This document shows, piece by piece, positions 29,301 to 44,300 of a stretch of 64,000 bases of DNA. The notes below the pieces were generated by a model. That model did no database searches. It worked only from the letters and a program-made list of their open reading frames with translations, and was not told the DNA's origin. A program made the position numbers and the translations under genes. Origin of the DNA: Chthoniobacter sp. (lineage in GTDB: Bacteria; Verrucomicrobiota; Verrucomicrobiia; Chthoniobacterales; Chthoniobacteraceae); NCBI GenBank assembly GCA_036501065.1, contig DASYAY010000093.1, positions 28,191 through 92,190 on the forward strand, read 5' to 3'. How positions within the stretch are numbered: the stretch's first letter is position 1; every line of letters begins with the position of its first letter.

Positions 29301-32300
29301 GGCACTATCGTAAATGACCAGGGAATTGGTGCCGCCGCTGGTCCCGCCCACGGTGAGGATACCGCGCACGGTGGGCGTGCCGATGGTCGTCGAACCTTCA
29401 CCGGCGATGTTGCCATGCATCAACCCGCCCTGGGTGATGTTGAGGACATCGTTCGAGTTTGTGAATGCGAGGTCGTTTTCCGCCACACCGGCAAAGCGCA
29501 GGTAATCGGTCGTGGCGCCACCCGAGGGCAGGACGATGACCTGGTTGAAGCCGAGAATGCCCGTCTGGATACTCGTGACATTGAGCGAGTTCGAGCCGAC
29601 CAGCGAACCGAAGCCGTTGAGCGTGCCGCCCGAGTAAGTGCTGAGCTGGCTGAACGGAGTGGTCACGGTGGTCACCGTTCCACCCGACATGTAGCCACCG
29701 TTGAAGCCCTGGTAGCCGGCATCGCCCACCCCGCCGACGCCCAACGACGGATTGTACGCCGCGAAGGTATCGGTGTTGGAAATCGCCCATGCGCCGATCA
29801 CGCCGGTGGGCGCGTTATAGCCAAGACCGGTGGGATTGGTGAACAGGATCCGCGGATCATCTTCGGTCCCCCCGAGCGTGGCCGGAGTGAAATTCACCGT
29901 GGCATCGCCGACACGGCTGAAACTCGCGAAAGTCATGTCCGTGTTATTGTAGATACCGGAGGTGGCCACCGTCGCCGTGATCGTATTCGCACCCGACGCC
30001 ACCGTGAGCCCTCCGAAGGTTTCGGTGGTGTAGGTATTGGCCCGGCCGTTCAACGTGAGCGTGCCGCCATTCATCGTGATCGGCGCCTTATCGTTGATCC
30101 GATCGTTGATGTTGATCTGCAGGTTGTTGTTGTTGTTCAGGCTCAAGGCAGCGTAGTTGAGCGTGATCGAGGAGGTGTCCAGCAGGGTCGCGTCATCCTC
30201 CAAGGCCACCTGGCCGCCCATGAAAATCGTCGGGCCAAAATACGGGTTCGCCGACTCCAGGGTGAGGGTCGACTGGGTGCTGTTGCCGCTCAACCGGACG
30301 AAGGTGATCGCATTGGCCGAGCTCCCGGTGATGCTGCCGGCCCACGTCGAATTAGCGTTAGTCCCGTTGCTGACGAAGACCGCCGGACCGGTGGAACTGG
30401 TGATCGTCCCACCGGAGTTCGGAATGACCGCCCCGCTACTCGCCAACACCCCGATGTATTGGTTGTTGCCGTTGAGGTCGAGAATCGCCCCTGAGTTGAC
30501 GTTGAGTTGCCCGCCGTTGTCGAAGAGGGTGTTGTTGCCGGCGCCGAGAATAGTCGTGCCCCCATTGAGGGTCGTCGTGCCCGTATAGAACTGCCGCGCG
30601 GTGATATCCAACGTGCCGCTGAGCCCTTTGGTGAAGCCGCCGGTGGCGACGTTGGCCACGGGCGCGGTCGCGTTCGGGAAGAACTCCGTCGCGGCAACGT
30701 TCTGGTTGATCGCCAGGGAACCGACAATCGTCCCCCCGATGTTCAGAGTCGCTCCTGAACCGACATAGACGATCGCTTCCACGCCGGTGGTACTCGGCAC
30801 CGTGGCCGAACTGCTCGGGGCATTCAGTTGCCCGGTGACGATCCGGGTCGCATTGAGGGTGTCCGTGACATTACCAGTGACGAGCACCGCCCCGCTGCCC
30901 AAGGTGAGCGAAATATCGCCCGGCAAACCGGTCGCGCCGTCATTGCCGACACCGACCGTCGTGGCGGTCCCGTTGATCGCGAGCGCATTGAGAATGCGGC
31001 TGCCCGGAGCCGTCCCGGCGGAGAAGACGGCATTGGTCGTGGAACTGGTGACGTCCAGCACGGTCGTGGTGACCGGTGTCTGGCCGGAGGTCAGGCTGGT
31101 GACGTCGAGCGCCAGGCCGGTGCCGACCGCGCCGTTATTGTAATTGGTGAAGGCCGTCAGACCATCGGCGCCGGTCGTGACGAAGAAGGTCGAGCCGGAG
31201 GATTCCACGGTGATTCGCGGGATGATTCCATTGTTCGATCCGACGGTCGCACCGGCCACGGGAAGGCCAAAGCCGATCGCGGTCGGAGCCGACACCCCGC
31301 CAAATTCCACGCCCTGGCTCAGGACGACCGTGGTCGCGGTGATACTGCTGATCGTCGTCCCGTTGAAGATCCCGGCCCCGTAAACGGATTCGCCGACGAA
31401 TAACCCGCCCGTGCCGCTCAAAGTCAGCGTCGTGCCGGTAGCGGCAGTCGCCGACATGCTCGTGCCGAGATTGAGTTCGTTGCTCGTCGTTGTGCCCAAC
31501 GCCGTGTTCGATTGCAGATCGAGCGTGCTCCCGGTGTTCACGACCAACGCGCCGAAATTCAGGACGGTATTGCCGCCGTTATTGGTAATGTTGATCACGC
31601 TCTGGCCGCTGCCCAAAGTCAAAGCCCCGGCCACTCCCAGAGTCCCTTCCGTACTACCTGTATTGGAACCTTTGAAATTCAAAGTGCCGGCGGTCAGGGT
31701 GAGCGGGCGATTGCCCAACCGGTTGTTCACCGCACCGATTCCGGTGTTGACGGTCATGTTGCCACCGTCGGCGGTGGTGTCATCCAGCGTCAGGACGGCG
31801 CCCGGATTGACCGTAATGCTCGTCGGGCCGCCGAAATAAACCGTCCCCCCGCTGGCCACACTCGAGGCCAGGGTGAGAGTCAGGGTGTTTCCACCACCGC
31901 CACCGCTGATCGTCACCCCGTTACTCGGGATGCCGGCACCGGTGACGGTTTCGCCCGTCGCCGAAGCCGCGCCACTCGTTACCGTCAGCGTAGTCGACGC
32001 GTTGTTGACGGCTCCGGTTTCAGTGGTCAGCGCATTGTAGTTGAACGCGCCGTTCGTGCCGCTCAGCGTGGTCATGCCCGCATTGAGAATGACCGCACCG
32101 CCAATCTGATTGTTGCCGGTCAGATTGAGTGCGCCCGTGCCGTCGAAGGTAAAGCCGCTGTTGATCGCCACGCTGGCCACTCCCGCGTTGTTCGCATTCC
32201 AGATCGGGCCGGTGATGTTCGTCGTTCCGGAACCGGCCAGAGTCCACGTCCGAGCCGTCGTGGTGGCGACTTCGGAGAGGGCCACCGCCGCGCCGCTACC

Positions 32301-35300
32301 GCTGTTCGCGATGGTCAGCGCCGCGCCACCGGAGAGATTGTTGTAGGTCAGGCGATTGCTGCCGCTATTGATGAGCGTCGGGTTCGCGGAGTTGCTGTTG
32401 AAGGTAAACGAATTCGCCGCGCCCGTCCCCGTGCCGTTGATGAAGGTGGCAAAGGTCCCGTTGAGGGTGAGCGTATTGGTGGTAGCCGTGGTGCTCCCGA
32501 TGGCGCTGCCGGTATTGTTCTGCACCGTGCCGCCGCCAAAGCTGAAGGTCGCGCCGGCCACGCCAAATGGCAGGTTCTGACTCGCCGTGGACTGGAGAAC
32601 GAGCGTGCCTTCCGTGAGACTGACCCCGGCGGTATTCAGGTTCGCCGTGGCGTTCGCGAGGATCACCGTGCCCTCGGTGTTGATCGCGAGGGTGAAGGTG
32701 TCCGTGCCATTGTTGCCGGGCAGCGCCGCATTGATCGTCGTGGTCGGCCCCGTCCCTTCGAGGGTCAGCGTCTGGCTGACCGTCGCGGTGCCGGTCCAGG
32801 TAATGGCCGATCCGCCGATGGTCAGCGACCCTTCGGAAATGTCGTTCTGCAGCACCCAATTGTTGCCGCCGCCGGCCACGTTGAAGTTCTTCAGGGTGAC
32901 CGAGTAGAGGCCGGAAATCTGGTTGGTGCTATTGTTCGCCAAAGTGACGCCGTTGTTCAGCGTCAGCCCACTCGGGTTGAGTGTGAACAAGGCGCCATTG
33001 GAGAACGTCAACGCCCCGGCGGTGGTGTTTTCGCCCAACGGATTGGGACTGGAGTTCGAAATGCTGCCCCAGCCACTGCCGATGCCGAGCGCACCTCCAC
33101 TGATCGTGACCGTGCCGGTGAAGGTGTTCGCACCGTTCAAAATCCACGTGCCGCCGTCGGCTTTCGAGATGGTGAGCGCACCGCCGTTGTCGGCGAGGAC
33201 GGAATTGATGGTATTGGCATCGAGGCTCGCGCCACGCAAGGTCAGGGTCTTGGCGCCCGGATTCAGGTTGACGACGCTGGTCAGGACCAGCGCGCCGCTG
33301 CCGCTGGCGTCGATCGTATCGCCGCCGGTGGTCACGTTGAGATTGACGGTGCGGGTGGTCGTTTCACCGGGGCCGGTATAGAGCAAATAACCGCCGGTCC
33401 CGGCTCCCGTGCCGATGTACAACTGGCCGGTGGCGTCGCCGAAAGCGCTGGATGCTCCGCCAGAGCCGATGCTCGAAACCGCGATCTGTCCGGTGATCGT
33501 CGTGTTGCCCGAGTAGGTGTTGTTCGCGGCGAGGATGAGCATCGTCGAACCGGCCGCGGAGAGATTGAGCTCGCTGCCCGTGCGCCCGCTGATCACGCCC
33601 GACAAGGTGTAGATGTCCGCCGAGGTGGAAGCGTCGTCCGTGACGGTGATGTTTCGGGAGCCACCGTTCAGATCCAATGGATTGAGGACGGTGGTATCCG
33701 AAAGCGCCGTCGTCGAACCGAGCATGAAGGTGCCGCTGGTAAAGGACGCGGTGCCGAAGACCAGCGGAGTCAGAGAGCTGACGCCCCCGATGGCCACGGT
33801 GAGCGATGAACTCGAAGCGGCGAACCCGCCACTGGCTGTGCCGCCGAGCCATTGCACCTCGTCCGCACCGGAGCCCAGCGTCCGGGTAAACGTCCCGGCG
33901 GTCTCCAGGACGCCACCGTTGAAGACGAGGTTGCTGGCCGTCGGCAGAGAGGAACCGTCCTGCGCGCGCAAGGCGCCCTGCGTAATGGTCGTCGGCCCGG
34001 TGTAGGTATTGTTGCCATTGCCCAGAATCCACAAGCCCACGCCATTCTTGGTCACGCTCAGGGGCGACCCGTCGATGCTGTTGTTGACCAACTGGAGATC
34101 GATCTCGTTGTCCCCCAGCGATGAACCCAGGAGGGTCAGAACCTTCGAACCCGTCGTCGAGAACTGCACCGGCGCGGTGTTGTTGAACCACAACGCCGCG
34201 TTGTTGGCGGTGCCGGCGTTGACTCCGCTGTTCCCGTAGCCGCCGGAGGAGTCGATCGCCCCGTTGCCCGCCAAAGTGAAGAGGCGGTTCGTCTGGACCG
34301 AGGGCGACTGGATTTGCGTGAGGAAGTTGTTCTGGTTTTGGCCAATGTACTGCAGCGTGCCGGTGGTGCCGGATGTGCCGAGCACGAGGCTGGCCGCATT
34401 GCTCTCGGACGCGCCGGTGCCGATCGAACTCGGAACGCCATAGTTGGCCAGGTTCGTCACCGAGAGGACGCCTTGCGCGATGTCGGTGATACCGCTGTAG
34501 GTGTTATAACCAATCGTCCCGAGCGTCTGGCCCGTGGCACTCGTGCTCCCCGCCGCCCCGGTCAGCGCGTTGAAATATTCCGTGCCGGTCCCGTTCTTGG
34601 TCACGTTCAGCACCCCGCCGCCGTCCGTGAGAAGACCGGAGAACGTGGCGTTGGCCGTGCTCACGCCGTAGTAACCGATATTCAACGTCGCCGCGGTATT
34701 CGAGCCGCCGCCGCTGTTCGTCACCGTGCCCCCACCCGCCAGCATCCCGACAGTCGTCGTCGACCCTGGTCCCGCCGCGTTGATGTCCAACGTCGCGCCT
34801 TGGCGGACGGTGATGACATTCCCCGCGGTCGTGATGTCGCCCAGGCTGGCTTGGGCGCCGGAAAGCATGAGCGTGCCGGCGTTCACCGTCACGTTGCCGG
34901 TGAAATAGTTGGAGCCACTGATGACCAGGGTCCCGTTGCCCCCCTTGGTCAGGGAGGCTGCGCCGCTGCCGATCGGAGCGCTGATCGTCAGGGTGTTCGT
35001 GGGAGTGGTGCCACCCGTGTAAATGACCAATTCCTGACCCGCTCCCCCCAGGGTGAAGGCCGGATTGGTGCTGGAAATCGTCGCCGAGCCCGTCGAATTG
35101 TCGAAGAGGACGCTGCCGGTGAAGGGCGCGGTACCGATGCTCAAAGCTCCGCCGAGGGTAATCGCGGTATTGCCGGTGATCTTCAGTGCGTTGACCGTTT
35201 CCGCCGCCGTCGTGGTCACGGTGCTGTTCGCCAGGTAAGTCGAGGTCGCGGTCGACCCGGAAGCCGGGAGACCCGTGACGTAACCGCCATAAGGCGCGAC

Positions 35301-38300
35301 CGTGAACGGTCCCGATCCCGTCACCGTGGCGAAGTCCACCGCCCCGGTCGCGGTATTGGTATAGATGGCGTAGCCGCTGTTCAAGCCTTGCCCGATGATG
35401 CCATTCACCAAGGTCGGCGTCGTCGTGAAGGTAATCGTCGTCCCCGTCCCCGGGGCAAAGTTCAGGTCCGTGCCCGGCGCGCGGCCGAAGGAAAGCGTGT
35501 TTCCGCTGGCCACCGTTTGGGCGCTGCTGATCACCAGCGACGTGCCGCTGGCGATGCTCGTGACCGTCGCCACTCCGGTGAAGGAAGGTCCTGTCACCGT
35601 CTCACCCACGAACAATCCCGCCGTGCTCGTCACCGCCAGGGTCGTGCTGTTGTTCGCCGCGGTCGCCGAGGTCTGCGAACCCAATGACGCAAAATTCAAG
35701 GTCGGCGAACCGCCGCTGGCCAACGTCACGACCGTCCCCTGGCCCGCCAGGGGCACGAGGATGCCCGCGTTGGTGATCAGTGAGCCCGTCGTCGACGAAC
35801 CCAGCAACGTGAAGGTGCCTCCCGCGTAGCCGTTACCGGTCAGATTGTCGGTATTGAAAAGAACATTGTTGACGGCGGTAATCGGCGTCGAGCCGGCGCC
35901 TGAATTGGCGGTCGGCTGAATCTCCAGATTGCCACCCGCGACGGTGACGTTTCCGGTGAAACTGGCCCCGGTGGCATTGGCCGTCGACCCGAAGTTCAGC
36001 GTGGTCGAAGTCGCGACCGCCCCCGGCAAATTGTTGTTCAGGGTAATGGTGTTGCCATTGATGGCCGCGATCACCGAACCGCTAGGGATGCCCGTGCCGG
36101 TCACCGATTGACCGACCACCAGGCCGTTCACACTGCTCAGCGTGAGGGTGTTCGAATTGGTCGTGCCCGCCACAGAGGGATTGGTGGTCGAGGCCAGGCC
36201 ATTGAAGGCCAGGCTCGTCCCGCTGCTCACCTGGCCCGTCAGCGCCGAATTCAACGTGATGACCGAACCGGTGATCGCCGTGATGAAATCGCCATTCGGG
36301 ATGGCGGCATTGCCAGCTTGGGAAACAACCATGCCGATGGCGATTCCACTCGTGCTCGTCAGAGAAACGGTCGTCGCGCCGGTGGTCGACGCCGCCGACG
36401 AAGTAGTCACCGCCGGCGCGTCCAACGTCGGGGCGACAAAGGTCGACGCCGTAGGCGCATACAGCCACGTGCCGGAGCCGCCCTTGAGAATCGACGTCGG
36501 GTTCAAGGACGATTCATCCTGAATCGCGCCGGCGATCTGGTTCACCACCGCCGCATTGGTGGTATTATTGTAACCTTCGAGATAAAGCGTCTTACTCCCG
36601 CCACCCGTGGCCGCAATGCTATTGGTGAGGATGAGCGCCGTGGCGCCAGTATTCGTGCTATTTTGCTGCTGGTTGCCAAAGATTCCCGCGGCCCCGGTGG
36701 TGCCCGCGAGAATGATGGCTTTGCCCGACGTTTCTCCGAGGCCGGCGTTCGCCGACCCGAGATAGTTGAGCAGGCCGAAGGTTCCGCCACTGCCGATTTG
36801 CACCCCGCCGCTGACCGTCGCGTTGAGGGCATTCATCGCGTTGATCGCCACCGTGCCGTTGGTAATGTTGAACGCACCGACTTCCGTCGCGGCCGTCCCC
36901 TGAATCGCCAGGGTGCCCACACCGGTCTTTTGCCAGATATGATCATCGGCTTGATTGGTCACGGCGTTGAGCAAGTTACCCACCAGCAACATATCGCCGG
37001 TGACTCCCAGCACATCGACACGCGAGGTCGTATCCGCCGTGCTCAGATTCGCGTTGATCGTCAGCAAACCATTGAGGTCCGTGGTGAGATTGATCGGATT
37101 GCCCGTAGCCACGGCAACGGTGCTCGTTGCCCCAGTGCCGAAGGTGATTCCATAACCGTCGCCCCCGATATCGGACGTGGACCCAAACACCGTCGTAATG
37201 TTGCTCGCCGCGCTGTTGAAGCCGAGGATCAACGTCCCGTTGACCGTAGCCCCACCGAAAGTGATCGTCTGGTTGATCGCATTGCCCGGAGTGCTGGCGG
37301 TGCTGTCGACCCCGCGCCCGACCAGGACGGTGGAATTGCCGGTGGTCGTGGCCAGCGTCTTCGTGCCGAAGTTCACGTTGGCCGGATCGACGCGCAGTTC
37401 GAGCGTGCCGCCGGCCAGGCGGATGGACGTGACGTCCACAGCGACGCCCATGTCGCCCGCCGCACTCACCCGGGTGTTGCCGGGATCCACTTCAAAATCT
37501 CCAATGAAGTTATTGTTCGCGTTGGTCACCGTGACCTGCCCGATGATGCTCACTCCGTTCCAGTGGCGGAAGTCGGTCTGGCCGATGACACCGCCCGTCA
37601 TGAAAGCGTTGATCGTGAGGTTGCCCTGGCCGGTGGCCAGAAAGGCGTTTCCGCCGAAAACGTTGGAAATGTTCAACGTCGAGCTGCTGGAAAACACTTC
37701 CGTGCCGACGATGCTCGCCAGCCGCGTATCGGAGTAACTCGACGTTGTGATGATCCCATTGAAGACGTTGTTGCCAATGCTCACCAAAGCGTAATCGCCG
37801 TTCCCGGAGACGTCACCCGACCCCCAGCCGGAAATGGTCAGGTTGCGATTGATGGTCAATCCGTTGGTTCCCCCTTGGATGACCAAAGCCCCCGAAGGCA
37901 TGGCGCCGCCGCCTGCGTTCGCGTTGGTGCTACCCATGACGGCAATCGCGCTGTTACCCATGCCAAGTTCGCCAAGGTTATTAATCACCAGCGTCCCACT
38001 GATCACGGTCGTGAAGCCGGTATAACTGTTCGCCGTGTTCGTCAGGTAAAGCGTGCTGCCACCACTCAGGGCGAGAGAGCCGGAGCCTTCGATCTGGCCG
38101 GCGTAAGTGTTCCACGAGCCGGGATTGCCGATCGCCGTGGCATAATTGATACCGCCGCCGAAGGCCGTGAAGCCACCACCAATCGTCATCACCCCGCCAT
38201 TGCCGAGGAGCAAGTTACCTCCCTGGGCGCCACCGCCGGAAAGCGTAAAGACGCTTTCGGAGAACCCGTCGATGTCCAGCGTGGCACTCGAGCTATTGGC

Positions 38301-41300
38301 CAGGATGAACGCCGAGTCGGCACTCAGGGCATTGTTATTCTGGGTCTGCAGATAGACACTATTGACATAAGTCGGGCCGCTATAAGTGCTCGGCGTGCCG
38401 AAGGTCAGCGTCGTCGGGTTACTCGTCGTCGCGCTGCCGGTCAGGACCACGGTGGTCCCGCTGATCGACGAGATATAAGTGCCCGCCGGAAGGCCGATGG
38501 CGCTGACGGCTTCGCCCACATAGAGACCCGAGGTGGTCAAGCCAGTCACCGTGCTGCTGGCATTCGTCAGGGTGCCGACCAGGTTGGTCTGGCCGCCGTC
38601 GAGAACGATCGTGCCACCGCCATCCATGACCACGCTGCCCGTGCCGCCCGAGAGCACACTGCCGATCGTGAAGATGCCCGTGCCGAGCTGGTGAATATCG
38701 AGTTCGGCGTTGTTCGCGCCGATCTGGCCGCCGTAGATGGTTTCATTGTTCGCCCCTTGGAAAACCAGCGCGCCGCTCATCAGCGTCAGCACTGCGGCAC
38801 CGCCGGGCGCTGTCGAGCCAGGATCGCCCCCGAGGAACACCGCGTAGGTGCCGGCGGCGTTACCGCTCGTGTCGATCGTCAAAGAATTTACAGACCGCGC
38901 GCCCAGGGTGGCGCCGTTCGACCAATCCAGCACGCCCGTGAACAAGGCAGTAGGAATCGAGGCCGTGGTGTTTGGCGCAACATAGGTGCTGCCGAACGTG
39001 GTGTAGTCCGTCATCGCGTTGCTGCTGCCCGGCGTCAACGCCGTTGCCATCGTCGGGTCCTCGCTGTTGAAACGCTCAATGACAAACTGGCCGGAGACAT
39101 TCTGAATCGTTCCGAGGCCCGTGCCCCCGGAATCGGTAACAAGGACATAGCCCAGGATGTTATTCGTGCCCGAGCTCGCGCCGCTGCCGGTCACGGCGGC
39201 CGCCGGCACGACCACGTCGACGTTGTTCGCCGTGTCGTCGATATTCAGGATGGAATCGGCGCCGCGAGTCCACACTCCCCCAAGAACGAGGTCGGTGTCG
39301 GTGCTCGTGCCCGGACTCAACACCACACCGCTGTTGGTTCCCGTGTTTAAAGTGACATTTCCCAATGTCTGGCCGCCGGAACCGGTGGACGGCCCGGTGA
39401 CGCTGATCGTCCCACCGCCGAAAGTAACCGTCGGCGCGGCGGTGAAGACGCCACTTGGATTGAAGTTGAGGGACAGGGACAGGGTACCGCCGTTGAGAAC
39501 GAGGGCCAAACTGGTATTCGCGCCCGAGATGATGAGCGTGCCGGAATTGACCGTCGTCGAGCCCGTGTAGCCACTACCGCCATCCAGCGCCCATGTCCCG
39601 GTGCCGTTCATGATCAGCGAACCGGAATTTGCGGCGATAGTGCTGGCGATGGTGCCGCCGCCCGCGCCCGCCAGGGTCAGGGTGAAGCCGCCCATGTTGA
39701 ACCCCGCCAGGCTCGAAATGTCGAGGCCCCCACTGTCGGAAGAAATGGTGGACGAAGAACCAAGAGTAATGAGCCCGGTATAAAGAATCCCCCCACCGAG
39801 CCTCGCCGGGACAGCTGTGCTCGCCAGTGCACCCGACAGGCCCGCCGTGCCGGCACCGTTGCCATTCAGCGTCAGAGAGTTGGCGATGATCATCGTGCCG
39901 GACAGAGGAATCAATTGCTGCAAGTCCAAGGCTGCGCCTGAGGCCACGGTAATGCTCCCCGAGCCAAGGCCAGTTCCGTTTGACAGATCAATCTGGCCGC
40001 CATTAATCACCGTCGGTCCACTGAATGTGGGATTGGCGAGGTTAATCGATAGGTTCCCATCATCGTCCTTCGTGAGGGAGGAGATGTTCGAAAACGTGGA
40101 GAAGGCAGCGACGTTACCCGAACCAGCGATCGTCAGGGCGTTGCTATTGCCTATGATCCCACCGGTGAGCAGAAGGGTGCTGCCGGTGACTTCCGAATTG
40201 ATTTGCGCGTCCGTCGCGAGAGTGATTACCCCGGAGTAAGTGTTTAATCCGCCGGTGCTCCGTAGGGCGCCGTTGGAAGTGCCAGCGGTGACACCATTGA
40301 CGGAGTTGTTGCCATTGCCACTTCCCAGCACGGAACCGAACCCCGCGATGGTCATGTTATTGGTCACCGTCAGATTGCCATTGGGGCTGGTCCCATCGAG
40401 TTCAATCGAACTGCCGTTGCCGACATTCCCTGTGGAAACGCCCAACGCGCTGCTGTTCTGCAGGCGCAGGATGCCGTTGTAGATCATGGTCGTTCCAATA
40501 TAGGTGTTCGCCCCGCCGAGGATATCGGTGCCAACACCATACTTCTGGATGTTGTCGACGCTCGACCCGATGTTACCGCTGATTTGCAGGTTGCCGATGC
40601 CGTTCAACTGGAGATAGGAGCCATCGCTGCTCGTGATGTTGCCGCTAACATTCAGCAGGCCGGAAACCGAACTGATCTGGGCATTGCTATCGAGAATGAT
40701 CGGACCGCCCCAGGTATTGGGCCCGGCAATGTTATTCAAAGCACCTTGGGGAGCCGGCGCACCACCGTTGGTGATGTTATCAAATCCATTGAGGTGCAGG
40801 GTCTTGTTCAGGATGATGATCCCGCCACCCACGGACGCCTGGGTGGTTCCGCTGATCGCGCTCCCCGCGTTGATGTCCAGGTCGAGGCCGGCGCCACTCA
40901 TGACCGTGACCGCTCCCCCGGGCCCGGTTCCGGTGCCGAGCGCACCGCTGTTCGAGGCGACGAGGAAATAACCGCTGGTCACGTTGGTGCTGGCGGCGCC
41001 GTAATTCGTGGAGGTAATCGTGGTCGTGCCGGTGTAGGTGTTGCCACCGGTCAGCACGAGGACAAATCCACCGCCGGATTTGATCAGGCTGCCACCCGTG
41101 ATGACACCGGGGATGACCACTGTGCTGGAGGCGCCGTCGATGTCACCATAACCCGTTTGCGATCCGGCCACGCTCGCGCCGAGCGTGATGCCGCGATTGG
41201 GATTGAGCAGGGTGTTGGCCCCGCCGACACCGAGAGCACCACCGTCGACGTCGATGTTATTGGCCACCGGAGTCGCCGGCACGAAACCGAGGTTCGCGTC

Positions 41301-44300
41301 GCTCAACGTCGACCCACCGATATTCAGCAAGCCCCCAACGATCTGAATGGCATTGGCTCCGGTGAGATTGAGGGTGGACATGTTGGACGTTCCACCGATA
41401 GCGAGGTTACCCGGCCCATTTTTGATCAAGCCGTTGAAGCTACTCCCGCTCGTGATCGTTCCACTGAGCGTCTGGGTATTAAACGTCACACCGCTGATGG
41501 CGTTGGCCGTCAGCGTTAGCGTGCCGCTGGTGTTCCAGGCTTCCAACCCAGGGAGCGTCATGGCTGCCCCGCCATAATTGCCCAAGGTGACGTTCGTCGC
41601 CGCGCTTCCGAAAACGATCGGATTGGCCGCCAATGCACCGGTCGCGGAAAGAGAAGTGTTGTTCCCGGCAATGGTGAGAATACCAAACGCGCTGCCGTTC
41701 ACACCGAGGGCGTCGGTGTTCGCCAGGTACAGCCCGCCGGCGTTGAGGGTAATGCCCCCGGTAAAGGTATTGCCCGCAAAAGTCAGCGTCTGCGCGGTGG
41801 CCGCCGTCACATTCGTCCCCGTGCTCACGGTAAATTGCGTGCCGCTGAGAATCGAGGTGACGACCTCACCGCTCGGCAGACCGCCGCCGGTCACGATTTC
41901 GCCAACCGCCAGGCCCGTCGTCGAACCAACTGTCACGGTCGAATTGCCGGCCGTCGTGGACTCGGCGGTGCTGGCGATCGCCACCGAGGGCGATAACTCC
42001 AGCACCCCGGCGCCGTTTTTGATCAGCGCGCCCGCCACCCCCGGAGTGGTCGCGCTGGTGATCGGCGTGCTGATGTTCAGGGTGGCCGCGTAAGGCGAGA
42101 TGACCGTGCCGCCAGCGGTGCCGTCCGCTGTCACGGAGTTCGCAGTGACGGTCAACACACCGACGCCGTTGACCCCCGTAACTCCCGAGATATCCAGCGC
42201 CGTACCGCTGAGCGTGCTCACCACTGCGACGTTACTGGAAGATGCCGTAATACTGCTCGCCCCCGTCAGGTTCAGGAGACTGTTCGGGGTCGTGGTACTG
42301 TTGCCAATCAAGCTCAACGTCGGCGCCGTGCCGCCGAAGTTGTTGAAGCTGATCGCCGAGGTGAAGGTATTTGTCGGGCCCTGGAGAGCAAGCGTCGATC
42401 CGCCATTGAGGGTCACGTCCTGCGAAGCAATCGTCCCGCCGGCGATTTGCGTCACCGTGCCATTGTTGATCGTCAAACCGCCGCCGGGCAATGTGCCGGT
42501 TGTCCCGATGGTCACCGCGGCTCCGTTGACGACCGTTCCCCCGGAATAAGTATTCGCGCCGAAGATCGTTATGGCCGAGGTGTTCAGGCCGAAGTTGTTT
42601 CCATTGAGAACCAATCGCACCGGCGTGCCGTTATCATCGACAATCAGGGAATTGAGGGCCGTCCCCTGCCCGGTCGTCTGGTTTTGATCGTAGATGAAAA
42701 GGTCGTTCGCGCCGGCCCCGTTCGACCAGGCGGAAGTAATCTCGCCGCCAGGCTGGCCCGAACCCGGCGCAGCACCGACCGTGGCATTGCCGCCTCCAAA
42801 GGTCAGCGAAACGCTGCTATTGATCACCGCCGTCGTCGCCGCACTGAGGACGATGTTATTACCGCTGATCGAAGCAATGGTCGTTCCCGCCGGAACGTTG
42901 CTCCCGGTCACAGCCATACCGACCGCCAATCCCGTGGTGCTGGCAAAGGTCAGCGTCGAGTTGGCGCCGCTCTGGGTCGCACTCGTCGAGAAGGCGCCCG
43001 CGCCGAAAGTCAGCGAGGTGCCGCTATTGATCGTCGCAGTCGTCGCCTGGCTGAGCGTAATGATCGACCCATTGATCGCACTGATCGACGTGCCCGAGGC
43101 GATACTCGTGCCGCTGATGAGCAAGCCTACCGACAGACCGGAAACACTCGAAAAAGGAAGCGTGCTGCTCGCTCCCGTGATCGTCGTACTGAGGCTTTGC
43201 GTCTCCGTGCTCTCATTCTGCACGATCAAGCCGCCGCTGTTCAGGACCAGGAGGTCGCTGCCGCCGTTGAAGTTCAGCGCCACGTTGGTTTGCAGCACCG
43301 TGTTCACCAAATTAAAGGAATTCACCGTGGCCCCGCCGGAGGGCAGTGTCGCCGTCGCCGTGAGCCGGATGTTCTCGCCGCCCGTCGTCCCGCCCAGGTT
43401 CGCGGGCAGCGTGGCCGCGTTCGAATCGTAGCCGGCAAATCCCGTCGTGCTCAACGCCCCCACCCCGGTGCCGGCAATATAGCTGGCGAACTCGATGGGA
43501 TTGCTCGTGAAATAACCCGACTGCACCGTCGCCCAGCCGCCCAGGATGTTATTCGTCAGCTTCGGAGCGCTTCCGTTGATGTTAGCCAGGAAGATATTCT
43601 CGCTGTGCCCGGCGCTGTCGGAAATCAAACCGAGCGAGCCCGCGCTGTTGTTCTGATAGTTTTGCGCAAAATCGACGGTCGTCCCGGCGCTCGCACTGAC
43701 CGTCAGGTTGCCGATCACCAGCGTGGCCGAATCCGGCCCGTTCCCGATGTTACTCTGGTCGGTGGAACTGAGGATGTTCAGACCGGACTGGAGATTCACC
43801 GTCGCTACCGACTCGTGCGAATAGGTTGCGGCGCGTCCGAAGAAATCCAATCCGCCGCCGTTCATGTTGACTACCACATCGGACGGCAGGCGCGACGAGC
43901 TGTCGGTCAAAGTGCCGCTGGTATTGTTCAAGTTCAACGAGGCGAAATTCAGCGTCACGTTGGAACTGGCCAGTGAACCGTAATCTTCGAGAGTTACACC
44001 ATCCAAAGTGGCGCCGGAAGTCAAGCCGCCGCCATTGATCAAGGTCGTGCCGCCGTAAGTTTGGGCGTTGGTCACGGCCCAGTTACTCGTGCTGCCGGAA
44101 CGGATGAAATTAACATTCGTTCCAGAGATCGTCCCCGAGAAGTTCGTGCTCGCGCCAGTGTTTGTCACCAACGTGCCCGCGTTGGTGTTCGAAGTAATCA
44201 CCCCGCCCTGAGTCCCGCCATTGACGGTGGCGCCCGTGCTGCTCAAGGCGCCGACGACCTGAACCCCGCCGTTCAGATCCAATGTCGCTCCCTCGTTGAC